Positions 26,642-40,218 are shown, counted from the first letter of the stretch. The stretch: 64,000 nucleotides of DNA from Trichosphaerium sp. ATCC 40318 (GCA_038496445.1 JALMLS010000285.1:1-64000), one strand, 5' to 3'. Notes: generated by a model from the sequence alone, not told the origin. A program made the numbers and translations.

Positions 26642-28648
26642 ATGTTACTCGTACTTCTCGTGACTTTGGTTACTGTGTTTGTAGTAGCAACTTACGTTAA
26701 AAACCAGCGAAATAAAGCAAAAAACTTGCCTCCTTCACCGCTAAGTCTTCCAATTATTGGACATCTACACTTATGGACTGATCCAAAACAGATGGTTCAG
26801 TACGCTAGTAGCATTTCACCTATTTGTAGATTGATAGCGAATTAGAACAGCAATGAAATACTCTGAGTCGCTAGGGGGTATCTACAGTATGAGCTTCGCG
26901 TCAAAAGTGGTAAGTGCGAATTAACTTATTATTTTATGGATAAAAAAGGCATAACCCTTGTAATTTGCGCAGATGATCTTTATATCCGACCCTGAGTTGA
27001 TCAAGGAGGCGTTCATAAAGAACCGTGATGTACTATCAGACAGGTGTTAACAAACAAACGTGGATTATGGGCTAATCTTTCATAGAACGTTGAATGATTT
27101 CATAGGGTTGCAACGAAGCATGAGTGGCGGTATTGCTCAAGAAACTTTTATATTGCTATTTTACTAATATAGTTCGCAGGAAGTTTCACGGGTGATAAAG
27201 GACCTGGTGGAGGTTCGTTAAACTTTAATTTTGTAGCATCTTTTCTAACGTGCTTTGAAGCGTCATGCACTTTTTCAGACTACGACAAATACCATAAGGC
27301 TTACCGCTTGTTGTTCAAGAATAAACTAACAACAGGTGAAAGCATGAAGGTTTGTCCCAAATCTAATAACAACATATTCTAAGCTTTGATTCTAGCGTAA
27401 TATCGAAAATATTAAACTAGAAATTAAGGATGCATTACGAAGAGTTAAAGAGCTTTCTGAGAAGGATAAACCTATCACGGGCAGTGATATCTCATCGGCG
27501 ATGACATACAATATGATAACCAAACTACTCTTTGGGATACGTGCATACAAGCATCCTGAAAAAGATTTGTACGATGTAAAGGAAGTAACAGCAGGTTTGA
27601 TGGATTATTTCTTTGTCCCTTTCCTCCAAGATCTCTTCCCTATGTGTGCTCCTCTAGAAACCAAACGGGTATATACTATAATACCAATCTAAAGCTAATA
27701 TGATTAGTTCAACCGCCTCATAGAGTTGGTAAACCAACGTGATAGAATCTTTGGTAAGATTGTAACAGAAGCTCGTAAAACGTTTGATCCAACAAAGACC
27801 CGATACTGGATCGATACTGTTTTGAAGGAAATGCCGGATATAGTAGATGAACAACTTATACCACATATGCAAGAATTCATAGCAGCAGGATATGAGACAA
27901 CATCAACTGCTTTACAAACGTGACCATTTCAAAAACGAAACGAAAGTATTAACGTTTTACTGTAGTGCAATGATCGCTTTGGCTAAAGACCAAGATGTAC
28001 AGCGTAAACTGAGAAGTGCAGTTTCTGGCGTAGACCCACTAAATACGGAATTAAAGGTAAGTACATTAGTTTGAGGGTTTTTTGTTTTGATGAGATTTAA
28101 CTTTTTAACCAAGGATCTGAAAGCTATTACTTATCTTCACAATTTCATTCAAGAAGTTTTCCGTATAGTCCCAATCCTTCCATTAATGGTCCCTCATAAA
28201 GCACGGGAAAATATAAACATTGGTGGATATAATATACCAAAAGGAGTACGGATTATAAAATATTTTTTGTGGAGATTTAATGGATCTGTTTAGGCAATGG
28301 TTTACCCATTCCACAACTACGAGTGTCAAAATAAAATATGGGGTAATCCTCGCGTATTTGATCCTGATAGATGGATAAATCCTCCTGCAGAGATCAACCC
28401 ATTCGGGTACGTCGCAGAAGAAAATGACAACGTGTGTTTTTGATATCTTTGTAAGGCAAGGAGTACGTAGATGTCCTGGTGAACGCATTGCAGTCACAAT
28501 GCTACACAAAGCAATTCCATCATTCGTGCAACATTTTGACTGGAAAGAAACAAGTGTTCCGAACTCGCTAGATGTGATATTCGCAAGCACTCACCAATTT
28601 GTTACTGAACCAAAATTCTTTGCCACCCCTCGGAATCACACAATGTAA
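26642..28648 (+). CDS. Cytochrome P450 (microsomal type)
   Basis: N-terminal TM, LPPSPLSLPIIGHLHL, I-helix AAGYETTS, EXXR (QEVFRIVP), FDPDRW, heme motif PFGQGVRRCPGE. Confidence 0.95.
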
Positions 28649-28998
28649 AAGAATACAAACGAGTTGTAGTAGCCCACGTTTCTTCGTTTGTTCTTAGGGT
28701 CATATATACATTCAAGAGCAGGAGGCTGCGGCAGCCTTAATTTAAGAGCGAAAAAGGTGATCGTCCGAAAATAATAGCTCAAGAAGCAACTCAAAGTGTT
28801 TGGCTTAGCTTTGATTTTAAGTCAAAAATTGAACAAGGATAGTATCTTGTTAGAATGGAGTTTGTGGCCGCAGGTCTCCAAACTGTTACACCTCCTACAC
28901 AAGTAGTGACAATCTCACACCGAAACGTTTGCTTTTGTGACAGTATTTGTAGTGACAAGAAAAACCAGAATAACTACTAACTACTTTATTACTAAGTG

Positions 28999-30098
28999 TC
29001 AGTTTCGGAATTCAACGTATTGTGGGTAGTGATCGGATGGGTACGTATCACCAACGTGGTACGTGTCCATTTCAAATCTTGTTCTTGGATGATCACTTTG
29101 GAAGTTGTCGCTGCACAACACCCAATCTATCATATGAAACACTCTTTCGTTGAGCTTATTTTTAGGTCTTAATTCTATATAGCTAGGACCGTTAAAATTA
29201 TGAGCGGAGTATGTGTTTTTAAGTAAGGGTAAACAATCGTCAATCCCAGTTTTTGTTCTCTTTTTTTTCATGTATTTGTACAACTTCTTGCCTACTCCTT
29301 GTGCGTCGTTAAAGTCCCACTAATAATATAATAGGGCTCAAGGTACCCATAACTCTTTTGTTGCTCTGTATAATGTGCAACAAAATCGAAGATAACGTCA
29401 AGCTCTTTCTTGTTTCGAGACAAATGTGTACAAATATAAACGAGTCGTCGATTCTCGTTCCCGGAAAAAGGGGATTTGAAGGCTGTCCACATTGCAATAC
29501 GATTCCACTTTTGGCCTTTGAAGTAAGATGGGAATGTTTGAGGTGTCTCAGAGAGAGCGAAAGAACCATAATCGACAAGAGACAGTTGCCTCATATCATA
29601 GAAAATTGCTATAAATTCATTCCAATAGTTTGTTTGTTCTCCGTACGGATGCAGAGGTCTCCTACCTGTCCGTACATATCCGTAATAGGACGGAATATCT
29701 CTGATAATATCATCCAACTGCGTGACAGTTCCTTCTTGCGTTCCGATAATTGTCGGTTTATATTTGTTCAAAATGTGCTTAACAAGGGGTCTTCGTAGTT
29801 TCCACGTGTTCTTAGGTGAGTTTTTGAACTCCATTTTTCTTGGCCACGCCGTTTCTCCAGGTTGCTTTGGAATACTTGGATCATCGAGATTTCCATTGCG
29901 TATGTTAAACTGCAGCAACGAAAATAGTTCTGGCACGTCCTCAGGGAGTTTCATATCAGCCCTACTGTATAATGTTGACGGTCCAAAACAGACCCATACA
30001 AGAGCAACGAGTTGAACAACTACAATCATACGTAGTGTAAAAACACTGTTGCATCTGTCGTACATACGTAAATTGCTGTTGGCTTGGTACCGACGCAT
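28999..30098 (-). CDS. Endonuclease/exonuclease/phosphatase (EEP) family protein, intronless, with an apparent 1-nt frameshift at ~29316
   Basis: LLQFNIR, WKLRRPLV..PTIIGTQE, GSFALSETP, WNRIAMW, YICTHL, (S)GDFN split across frames, IDWVL, YPSDHYP; N-terminal hydrophobic segment. Confidence 0.8.
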
Positions 30099-30180
30099 GG
30101 TTGGGGCTCAGGAAATTTTTTGGGGTAACTGGTGAATAAAAGAAGACTTTTATTTTTAATTCATGTGCACAATTGTACTC

Positions 30181-31612
30181 TTACACTAACCTTTGCATAG
30201 ATATACGCTCGTATGGTGTCGTGTCACCGTTCTCGTAAAACACAAATACTCCTCTATGAGCTTCCAAAAGGCATGAATATGCCGACGGACCGTTATAAAC
30301 TCTATGCAGTTCGCGCCAATTTTCTCCATCTTTGCTTGAGTAAACAGTCACGTCTAGTTCTTTGTGTAAGCTCACAGCTAACATTAGAATTTTTTACCGT
30401 ATCTGACTAGTTTGTCAACACGTGCCACGCCCGAAAATAGGAGCGCTCCTCCTGGTGTTTCTCTAGAGTGAATGATAGAGCCTTGACAATCCACATCGGG
30501 TAGAGAAGGTACTTTTGAAAAAGTGCCCCAAGTAAAACCGTTGTCATGAGAGTAGCCTACCAATCAATATCCAGTGAGTAATAGTATAGCGTGGATATGT
30601 ACCTTGGAATCTACCACTTAATCTACTAGTCATTATTAAGGTCCCATTAGGTAACTGTGCAACTTGGTTTTCACCAGCAGGGAAGTCATGGGAACTAAAA
30701 ACAAACTATTGAGTACTCAGTATTGATTGTACGAACACGCACACTTGCCAAGATGATCCTCTGTCGTCTGTGTAAAAACAATTGGCTCGAATACCTACAA
30801 ATGTACTGTGAATATAAAGATTTCAGAAAAAACAGAGCGTACTATCTTCTGTGTGGAAATGGTATGTGTACAACATTCGCCCATTTGCGAGCTGTGGTCC
30901 AACAGGCACACCGGTGATACCTGATATTTGTGCGACTTTCTCTGGCATCGCTAGTGCAGACGACCTAACCAAGTAAGCAATTGTCTATTGGCCTATGTAC
31001 CATGTATCCCCTCCATCCTTTGAAGTTGTTTGTAGTAGAGTGCAATTGCTATAATACTCTTTGTAGTGGCACTAAATGAAATTAATGGTCGTATCGACTA
31101 AAGCACATCCATACACGTGAAAAAGGTGCGATGATATCAGTGGATTTAGCGTCTAAAACAGGGCTGATGTTTGAATAAAAAAACTCTTCGGTTGACTCAA
31201 ATAGCACGTGCAAAGCGGACCAAGTTTTTCCTCCGTCTTTTGAAGTTTTATAAACGATATCTTTGTCCCTAGGATATTTCAACAAGGCTTACGTGCTAGA
31301 AAACGTACCTGCACCATGGATAATCTTCAACAGGAGCAACACAACAATTGAAGTTTCCAGAATGTTTTGCTCGTGCCTCAGCGAACAACAGTATACCAGA
31401 TGGCGTTTCTACTGCTACAGGAATGCGGATACAAAGGTACCAACATGTATGTTAGCGTAAAACAACGTACAACGCGTACCCTCCCTCTCCTGTGGTAGTT
31501 TCAGCATGGTAAAAGCAATAGTTAACGTACCGCTCTCAAATACATCAAAAGACGCGCTCCACGTGACAGCCAAAACAGTTACGATAAGGAACAAAAGGTG
31601 TATTAGCTCCAT
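30181..31612 (-). CDS. Secreted exo-alpha-sialidase (GH33, BNR/Asp-box repeats)
   Basis: Signal peptide; GEGGYLCIRIP, LLFAEAR, Asp-boxes SKDGGKTW, SKDGGDTW, TDDRGSSW, SHDNGFTW, SKDGENW; GENQV; CQGS; SAYSCL; FYENG. Confidence 0.88.
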
Positions 31613-31798
31613 GCTTCAATTGGATATGTTGGTCAGCGCGATTCACTATTGACACCATCGTTAGCATTTCTTACTAGCACAAAACAAACACTCACGTGTG
31701 GGGAATGGTAATTTTCTTTAAGATTGATTGACAACTTCCTCAGACATTTCACAATGGCCGAAATTTCGTATTTATTTATGTACAAGTCACATTGTTAT

Positions 31799-32376
31799 TT
31801 ACTCTACCTCACCACTGAGAGGTTTTGTCTTGTTTAGATAGTACGCCTTCGAATAGTCGAATGCAGTTTTACATACACCAGCCAAAAGCTTTAGAGATAT
31901 ATGTGCTGCTCCTGCAACAAATGAAATCGAAGGAGCACAAGATATAGGTCTGTCACCAAAGCCTGATCTCATTAGCTCGCCACATACAGTTGCACACGGA
32001 CCTTGTCCTCCGCGGATATTATTAGCCTTCTGATAGACGTAATTTAGCCAACGGCCGTCCATGCCCCATCTGTGAAGTTGTTCCCTTGTGGGTGGCGCTT
32101 CTAGGATCATTTTCTTGGTTGTGTAGCCATGTTCGCTCAGCGCTGCTTCATATTGAATTATTTCTTCCTCTGGAAGGCCTAGCTCCTCTAGCCAAGTTCT
32201 TATAGGCACAATAACGGGTTTCTATTAAGGTTAGAAAATAATTCAGAACGGGAAAGTGCAATTCAATCACGAACCTTTTTTTTTGTTGTTTTCTTTTTGG
32301 ATGTCTTTTTAGACGTTTTTTGGCGCTTAGGCGCTTCTTCTTGAGCTGTATCAGTTGCTTTTCGCTTTTGAGACAT
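31799..32376 (-). CDS. Small protein with basic NLS-like N-terminus and SAM-like domain
   Basis: MSQKRKATD..PKRQKTSKK exon, intron, then IRTWLEELGLPEEEIIQYEAALSEHGYTT..EQLHRWGM (SAM pattern). Start is uncertain. Confidence 0.55.
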
Positions 32377-32708
32377 CTAATGAAGTTATAAGCGATACGA
32401 TCTTATGAAGAGGTGCTGTATTGTATATATATCGTACGTAGGATGATGAGGTGTTAATGGGAGCTTGCTCTGGTTGAATGATGATTACTTAACAATTTAA
32501 GTCATCTATTTTTTTCACTCAGGCGACCACTTTCAATCACTCCTACTGACTGATTCTCCGGCCAATACTGGCCATATCAATTAATCAGCTTAGATAGTAG
32601 TAGTTCTACTATGTAGAAACATGATAAAGGACAACCCAACCTAGCCAGTGCATCAAACTCATTTCGTTGTTAAATGATGCAAATAAATATTTATTGGGTT
32701 TTTTTCTA

Positions 32709-34739
32709 TCATCGTTTGTTTGTAAGCAAACTTTCTTTGTACAACTGTAGCATAGTACGTTTGACTAATGTCAAACAAAATTCTACGTGATAAACAAATT
32801 TGTGACATTCAGTTTTGTCACTCATTGCAAAGCAATAGACTTTAGTATCTGCCATAGTGATAGATATACCTTTCTGGTGGTCTCGTTCTTTAATCTCTTC
32901 AACATTATCAAACGATATAACGAGCTTTGGAACACCGGTACACTATAACAAACAGAATAAGTACAAAAGGAACGGAGGATTGATTTAAACAAAACCCAAA
33001 GCGTACATTATCGCTTTTAAATAAAATTATCATATTGTGCTTAAAAGACACGACACTATAAACCATCTTACTATCTCCTTGTTAGCATACAGGAACGAAA
33101 GCATGAGCGTTGTACGCACGGTTTGGACTCCCAACCCCTGACAAAGTAATACATCCAGCCACTGTAAGTAAAATTGGCCATGTCATACACCATGTCATCT
33201 GTCACTCGACTTTTTCTTCATTTGGCGTTAGAAAGACAAACACTATTTTAAAATATGATTTACCTTGAGGAAGAGCGCTTGTTCCTCTTAGCACGTTTTA
33301 GTCTCCTCCTTACAACAGAAGAAATCTCTGGTAAGTCTAGTAGAGCTATAAAGGTAGCTTTACGTTCTTCAATAGATTCAACTGTGTTGACAACATATTG
33401 AACCTTGTTGTTTCTATCCATTACTTGTACTGCGAAATCATTCAACTGACGATTACGCTTTGTTTGCTCCTCCTGTTTTTGTTTAGTCTGATCCTCAGTT
33501 GCTTCTTCAAGCAACTTATCAATATGACTGTCCAAAGTGGCTAAAAAAAAGATGAGATTGATTCAAACTGTAGTGATGGTTCTTGTACCCTTAGACATAA
33601 CAAGTGGATTTTCTTCCTTCTTTGAGATACCATTAAGATCAGATGCTGACTTGGACATCTTTAGCTCTCTTACGAACGCTTCTTTAGCATTCTTTGGCAT
33701 TGTTCTGGCAGTGCTTGCGTGAACAGTACGACGTTTAGGCGAACTATCTTTAATTGCACGGCCCACCGACCTAGGTAAACTCTGAGGTGCATTCGCTCTC
33801 GTAAAAGATGACTCGGCGGTCCTATTTCTTCTACGATTGTGCTTATGTCTCGTTGTTATAGGTGGAGACATTTGTTTAGAACCTATTCAAAACCAGTTAA
33901 TAACACTTTGTTTTTCTTCTATTCTCATTTCTGAGCACTTACGTGTTTTTGGTTTTGTTGATCGACGTCGTGCAGATGAGGGACTTTTATATGTTTTTGC
34001 AGGACGTGACTCTTTAGATGTTCTTGAAGACTTGCTGCGTCTAGACGAGACGCTTCCTCTCAAAGACTTTCTGTCGTATTCTTGTATAGCTACATTGTAC
34101 ATTTTAGCCAAAGTAAGGTAAGGTAAACTAATAGGGAGGTTGCATACAATCAGAATCTTCAAATGATGTTTGTCTTTCGATTGTCTTGAACTTTACAGTT
34201 GATAATGGAGCTTCTTCATCGGTTGTAAATAATTGTAAGTTATCAAAGTTTGTGGTAATATGACGTTGTGATAGATGAATATGTTTTTGTGTCTTTGGTT
34301 CCTTTTTACTTTTTTGCTTCTTTTTTTTAGTCTCAACTGGCTTAGTCTCCTTAAACCACTTCATTTAACCAACAAGAAGCATAACTAGTGTAGGACTTAC
34401 TGGTACGGGCTTATCAACATGAATTCTCATGTGATTAAATACAGCATCACTAGAACTTTGCGCAGTCGAATGTGGAGACTGAGGTGTAGGAGGACGCACT
34501 AAAATAAATCAGAAATAAAAAAAACTAATAAAGTACAAAACTAGCATTTGCACGCACACTTTGCGTCCGTGTTGTCAGGTGCGTAAACGAAATGAAGCTG
34601 TACAATATCATGACGCTTTATTAGCCTCTTGAATCTAGGGTGAGCGACAAATTTTATCCGTGGGTTAAGAATCTCTGTATCCTTCAATAACACTCAGCCA
34701 AAAATCCCCCAAGGAGTTAGAAAAGCACTATCGTACCAT
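32709..34739 (-). CDS. Ser/Lys/Arg-rich protein with C-terminal PH domain
   Basis: Low-complexity basic exons; C-terminal YSGWMYYFVRG..ILFKSD..PKLVISFDNVEEI..GISITMADTKVYCFAMSDKTECHKFVYHV (PH fold pattern). Start is uncertain. Confidence 0.65.
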
Positions 34740-35239
34740 GCACAAGCAATAATGCGCCAGTTCATTTACGCTCACTTTAAACTTACATTTCTTAGCTACT
34801 ATAACCTATAGTTATTTGTTAAACACGCGTGTTATGACTCATGTCGCTATTGAATGCGTTGGTAACGCGTACAAACGCGTTTTTGAAATTTCAAACTGGT
34901 TTCGCCCAACTCTTACCTTAACCTCCTCTAGGCTCTCCGAAGATAACACCAAAGTAAAAGTTTCTAAAGACTCGTCCGGAAACACCACCTACCATTGTCA
35001 GATAACGTAAGAGGGCCATTTCGCACCTCCAACAACACGGTGGCAGTCATGTTGTTTGCCTTTAGCGCTTAAGGCTCCAAATTTCAAAATGGGTACGCCT
35101 ATAATCCGTGTGCAGTACCAGCAATCGTGAGTATTACGGTTTTGTAATAACTTAAAAAAAACGAACGTTTGTGACCGAATCGGCCATAATCATTTCGATT
35201 TCAAAAAAAAAACCCGCGAAGGAGTTAATTACATGTTAT

Positions 35240-36356
35240 TTACAATGGCCTTTGCGCCTTTACTTCTACAATATTATTGATGCCATTCAACGTTGCTGCA
35301 ATCTGATTTAAGTTATTTACACCTTGTAGCAATTGCCTCATTGAAGTCTTAGCGTCACCGACCTTGAAATCAAGTTAGAGTTGATCTGTCACCAGCAAAA
35401 TGTTTTATCTTGTATTGGCGAATGTCACGTACCGTCTTGTTCAATAGGTTGACACAATGTTGGCTGTGTTGTCTTACATTTTGCCAATCTACATCAGTGC
35501 TTTGGGCTTGATGTACAGTACGTTGTTGATGTTGCTGCTGTTGTTGTAGAGTCTGCACTTTACCTTGTAAAAATGTATTTTGTTTCTTTAAAGTATCATT
35601 TTCGCGCTTCAGCGTTGAGACACGTGATTGAGTCCTCGCTAAATTTTCGCCTATAAGGTTTACAGCAGCTTCCATCTCCTCTGCATCCTAATTTGGAATC
35701 ATCAATTGCCGCCAGTGTATTTTATTGATAAAGCGAAGTTACTGCTTACCTTCTTTTCTTTTTGCTTTGCCAAGCGTAACATGTTTGTAACTTTCTTCAA
35801 CCTAGCTTCTGCTTGCTCTGCACGTTTCTGTAACTTCAAAAATTCCTCTTTAGATGGCGTGTCATCATCAGAGAAAGAGTCATCCGAGAAATATGTCGAT
35901 GACGGCTCTGGTAGTTTAGCAGCCTGTGGCTGTGGTAAAACTGTCACAGGAGGAGCATCGTCTGAAAAGGAGTCCTCTTCACTATCCCAGAATATATCTA
36001 AGGGCCTCGTTAAATAAGTTATTTACAAAATGTCATGTACCATCAGATTTAGCTGCACGCTTTTTTTTAGCGGTAGGAGTAGCTTGCTTGCGTTTTGCGA
36101 CAGTACGCTTTTTTGGTGTTGGCACTTTTGTTTTTACGCTTTGTCCTGTGCCCCCATGTTGGCTCTTTACAAAACTAGAGAACCTGAAAGGGTTTTCTTC
36201 TGTTGATGTTGGTTTTGGAGCTATGTCCTCTGTATCTGAAGCAAAAATATCAGTCTCCTCTATTTTACCATCGCCTGCGCCATTAAAGAATGAATAAGGG
36301 TTTTTCTTTTTAGAAGCCTTCGAGGCACTTGATTTTGTTCTTTTCTTCGTCGCCAT
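35240..36356 (-). CDS. ENTR1: Endosome-associated trafficking regulator 1 (SDCCAG3)-like coiled-coil protein
   Basis: EENPFRFSSFVK motif; coiled coil EMEAAVNLIGENLARTQSRVSTLKREND; C-terminal DAKTSMRQLLQGVNNLNQIAATLNGINNIVEV, resembling the ENTR1 C-terminus as I recall it. Confidence 0.65.
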
Positions 36357-36520
36357 GCTTACATCACACGTAATTACGCATTAAAGGAATTTCACACGCA
36401 AATGTCTATTTGGTTTTTACCACAAACCAAAAAAAAATAAAACCAAGTCAAAAATGTTAACACCGTTCAAAGAAACTTGCGCAAAAGTTTATTTACAATA
36501 CTTATCAATCACGTGTTTAT

Positions 36521-38709
36521 CTACAAAGATGTCAAGAATGCGTGCGCATTCGCCAGTTCTGCGTTATTCTTATCCAGCGCCTCCACTGTATCTTCTACTG
36601 TCACTTTCGGCCTTTTAGCTGATCCTGTGTCTACACCGTATGTCACCATCGAATAAGGGGTAAAGTGGCCCTAAACTATCCCAAGACCACATTGACAGGA
36701 CGAGAAAAAAGCGTACCTTGCTCACCGTCTCTAAGCTTACGCTTTTTGCTACCGTCACTATCTTCAACGTCCATATCTCCAAACCCTGTGAGAGAAATGA
36801 AACTACCATCTTGAGTGTCCTTAGATGCTGGTTTAGACCTAGGGAGTGCCGTATCGGCTTCAGTAGCCTCTGGTACGATAACAACACCTTCAGAGGTCTC
36901 TGGCTCAAGGAGTGTAAGATCAATAAAGTTTGGTACTATGTGTAGTTTAGATCCAGGGGATCCAAGTGGCTTTGAATTGCTCGTGGTCGTTGATTCCTTT
37001 GGTGCAGTTGACTTCGGCTCCTTCTTTAGTTTGTTCCATCGCAAGCGAGATAGAATAGAAGATGATGTTCCTAAATCTTTACCTGTAGAGCCTGTTTTGT
37101 TGATACTCGCATTTGCTGTAGTAGTAACAGGTCCATTCTTACCAGAGGTTTTGTTTAATGGTGCTGTAACGACTGGTATTGTAGTTACAGGTGAAGTGGT
37201 CCTAGGCAGTGCGTTTTGGGTTCTTAGATTCTTTGATTTTGTCGGAACCACCTTAGGAGCAGTTCGCTTGCTTGCCAGCGTAGAGGCAGTACTCCGTTGC
37301 TCTTGTTTTACCTTTCTAGAAGGCTGCTGAGCAGCTTGAGTACGAACAGCATTTTTTGGTTTAGCTTTTTGTTTGGGTTTTTCTACTTGCATCCTTTTTT
37401 GAGTTTGTGCTGGCACAGAGCGACTTAGTGCCTCCTTAGATTTCGGAATACTAGAATTGCTAGTGGATCTAGAAGTGGGTTTCGGCGGACGTCGTTGTCG
37501 TTCCACAGGCTTTAATAATTTCAAGTTTTTTGGGAGGAAAGGCTTTAACAAAGCCATGTCAGCCTGTGAAGCAGACTATAATATTATGAGTACAGTTTTA
37601 ATGTAAATATTTGCCTTTGTACCTCGCTAAGAAACTTTGAAAACTGATTTTCATCCATAACTACATCATGATTGCTATTTGTGTTCGTTGAAAGAAACCG
37701 ACTTTCTTTTGGCTAAACAAACAAGTTAGCATCGAGGGATAACAAGTAGCAGTAATACAAAGGCAGAATCAGAAAAACCACCACGCCCTAAAATCTCATA
37801 GCTATCACGCAATACAGATACAAGCTTTCCAAGCTCTGTTCGGATTGTAACATTTTCAGAACTATTTCGAAGTTTCTCAAGTTCAAGGTATGCTGTTGTA
37901 ATGAGCAACTTGGAGTTCATCAAGCAATACCTTGATGTCTTGAAAAATTGTGATAGATCCTATTGAGGACTACGTTAACTTTTTTTATTGTTTGATTACG
38001 CGTTCATAGTAATAAAGGGTACCTGTGCGATTTTAACAACCTCTGAATCTTTGTTTTGACGTTTAACCAGTTTTCTCAAGTTTGTGATCTTTGTAGTTTA
38101 GACAACAATCTCCTTCGAAAAGGCCTTACCTCTGACTTCACATGCGTCAATAGTTCTCCTGTAGAAAATAATGATGAGCTCTTTTTTTTTTTTCAACTGA
38201 AAAAATCAATGGTTGAGTATTTACCAATCTCGTCCCTCGAGGAGTGCATGATCTTGTTTTGCTCCCCAATTTCGAGCAACACTCTCGAGTGAATACGGTT
38301 TGGTATTTCAGTTGTTTTTTTCTTTTCAGTCTCCCTGATTTTGGCTTCTTGTTGCGTTTTCAAGCGCTTTATCACATGTTACGCTATTATTACCACATCC
38401 ACTGCTGTACGCACAGTAATAAGGCGTTCTTTTACTTCTAACTGCTTTTGTAGCAGAGCCAATTCGCGCTGGGCTTCAACCTTCTCGTCAAGTAATGATT
38501 TAAGCTCTGTTCGCCTCTATGGCTTTGTTACACAGAGCAGTAACACCGACGAAGCGTGCCAAGTCCAAAAACTGTTTAGCGCGCGTTTGCAATTCCGTGG
38601 ATGCCTTGGCTAAGTGCTGTAGTAATAATGCAACGCGGAGAGGCGCTTCTGAAGTGGTAGACGCGTCTGGTGGTCCGTTCGCTTGCTTACCAGAACTTTT
38701 ACTAGCCAT
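36521..38709 (-). CDS. Hypothetical protein: N-terminal coiled coil plus long basic S/T/P/K-rich disordered region
   Basis: Continuous exon chain with splice signals (incl. GC donor at 38559); 293-aa low-complexity ORF; no family recognised. Confidence 0.6.
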
Positions 38710-38838
38710 GGCTAATACGAGAATCTACCTGAGGTGTGTAGCTGCTTGGACAATTCTTACTTATTCTTTGACGAAACCTGACCCTACAATTTTTCCGTTT
38801 TTTGCAGTGTACGATTATTATTTTACAGGTTTTACAAC

Positions 38839-39900
38839 TTAGTCTTTGCTTTTAGCTTGTGTTTTAACATTATCTAGTGTTTCTTTTGGGAGTTGCTTAA
38901 AGTCCTCGCGTTTTGACAGCTCGCTATACTTTGACACCATAAAATTTTCTATTTTGTCCAAAATGTCTTCGTTTCGTAAAAAGTAGGCAGTGTTCCATAA
39001 CTCTATACAGTTCCCTGGTGTCAATTTATCGACAATAATCTCTTCACAGTGATCAAGAAGCATCTAATTCATAGGTAGATATGATGAGTAACAAAATGTT
39101 GTGAACACTAAAATACAAAAAAAGAAAGGTTAAACAACGTACAGTGTGGCGATTACCGAACTCGTTTGATAACGAAAAGTAGCCAGCTGAAGATAAAATA
39201 AATAAGCAATCCATAGGGGCTTCTAAGTGTTTGACTTCATTACTAAAAATAGTCAAAACGAATTAGGTTAGTATGTTTTTTTGTACCTGTAAAAATATTT
39301 TAGTAAACCTTTGAGTGAAGACCTTGTCAATCCGTGATCGTTTGGTCCAGGTACTACCATTTTACCTGCCTGTACCTCTGTCATACCAGAACGAAATACT
39401 CCTGCAAAATAATCACAGCGACAAGCAAGTATACACTTATGACAATGAATATCTTCTCCCTCACACTAAACACCAAAAGATTAATTCAGAAAAATGTCAT
39501 GTAAAAAAACTGAAATTCCTGACTTACCACAAGTGTAAAATCGCAATCCTTGCCACTCTCGTACATGCGCAAAATATCTTGATTGAGGGTACTATACGTT
39601 AGGGTGAGAAAATAGGGACTGACAATTTTGGTTGACATACGATTGTGCTGGAGGCGCAGGAGGTTTTTCGTCTCCGTTAATAATACGTTGTATTTGTTCA
39701 AGCATCTGGGGCTTTCCTTTTAGCTTTTCTTCGAGCTTGGGCATATTTTGCTTCATTTCATCTTTATGATTCGCTGCCCAATGCAATAGGTAATTATAGA
39801 GCTTAGCGAGCGCCGGGGAGGATGTAGGGCCTTGTGAGCCATTATTTGTAACATGCTCCTTCACTTGCTTCGCACGCTTTGTTTGAAGGGGCTCACTCAT
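38839..39900 (-). CDS. BTB/POZ domain protein (with partial BACK)
   Basis: LNQDILRMYESGKDCDFTLV..DIHCHKCILACRCDYFAGVFRSGM; LLDHCEEIIVDKLTPGNCIELWNTAY..EDFKQLPKE. Confidence 0.85.
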
Positions 39901-40218
39901 AATTAACCTTAATTTGTTATTACAAGCAGTTTGTCTAGAAATTCGTACTACAATCAGCGGTTTTGATAACTTCCGTCTGAGAATGTACAATAAGCAGCTG
40001 GTGATGGTATCAAGCGCTGGATGAGATCAGTTAAATACTACTGTCAACAATAGTCAAAAATCACAAAAAGAAGAAAGCTACACCATGTGTCAAAACAAAA
40101 TGTCACTCCCAATACATTGTTTATAAAACTTATTGAATAACCAGCCATAGTTTTTTTTGTGCAGTTGAATATCATTGTACTTTACAAAATAGCCGTCGCT
40201 GTCGGCTTTTTAAAACGC

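Noticed and set aside
32440-32555. Box C/D snoRNA candidate (ATGATGA twice, CTGA)
   Set aside because: No terminal stem or recognisable rRNA antisense guide; such motifs are common in AT-rich DNA.
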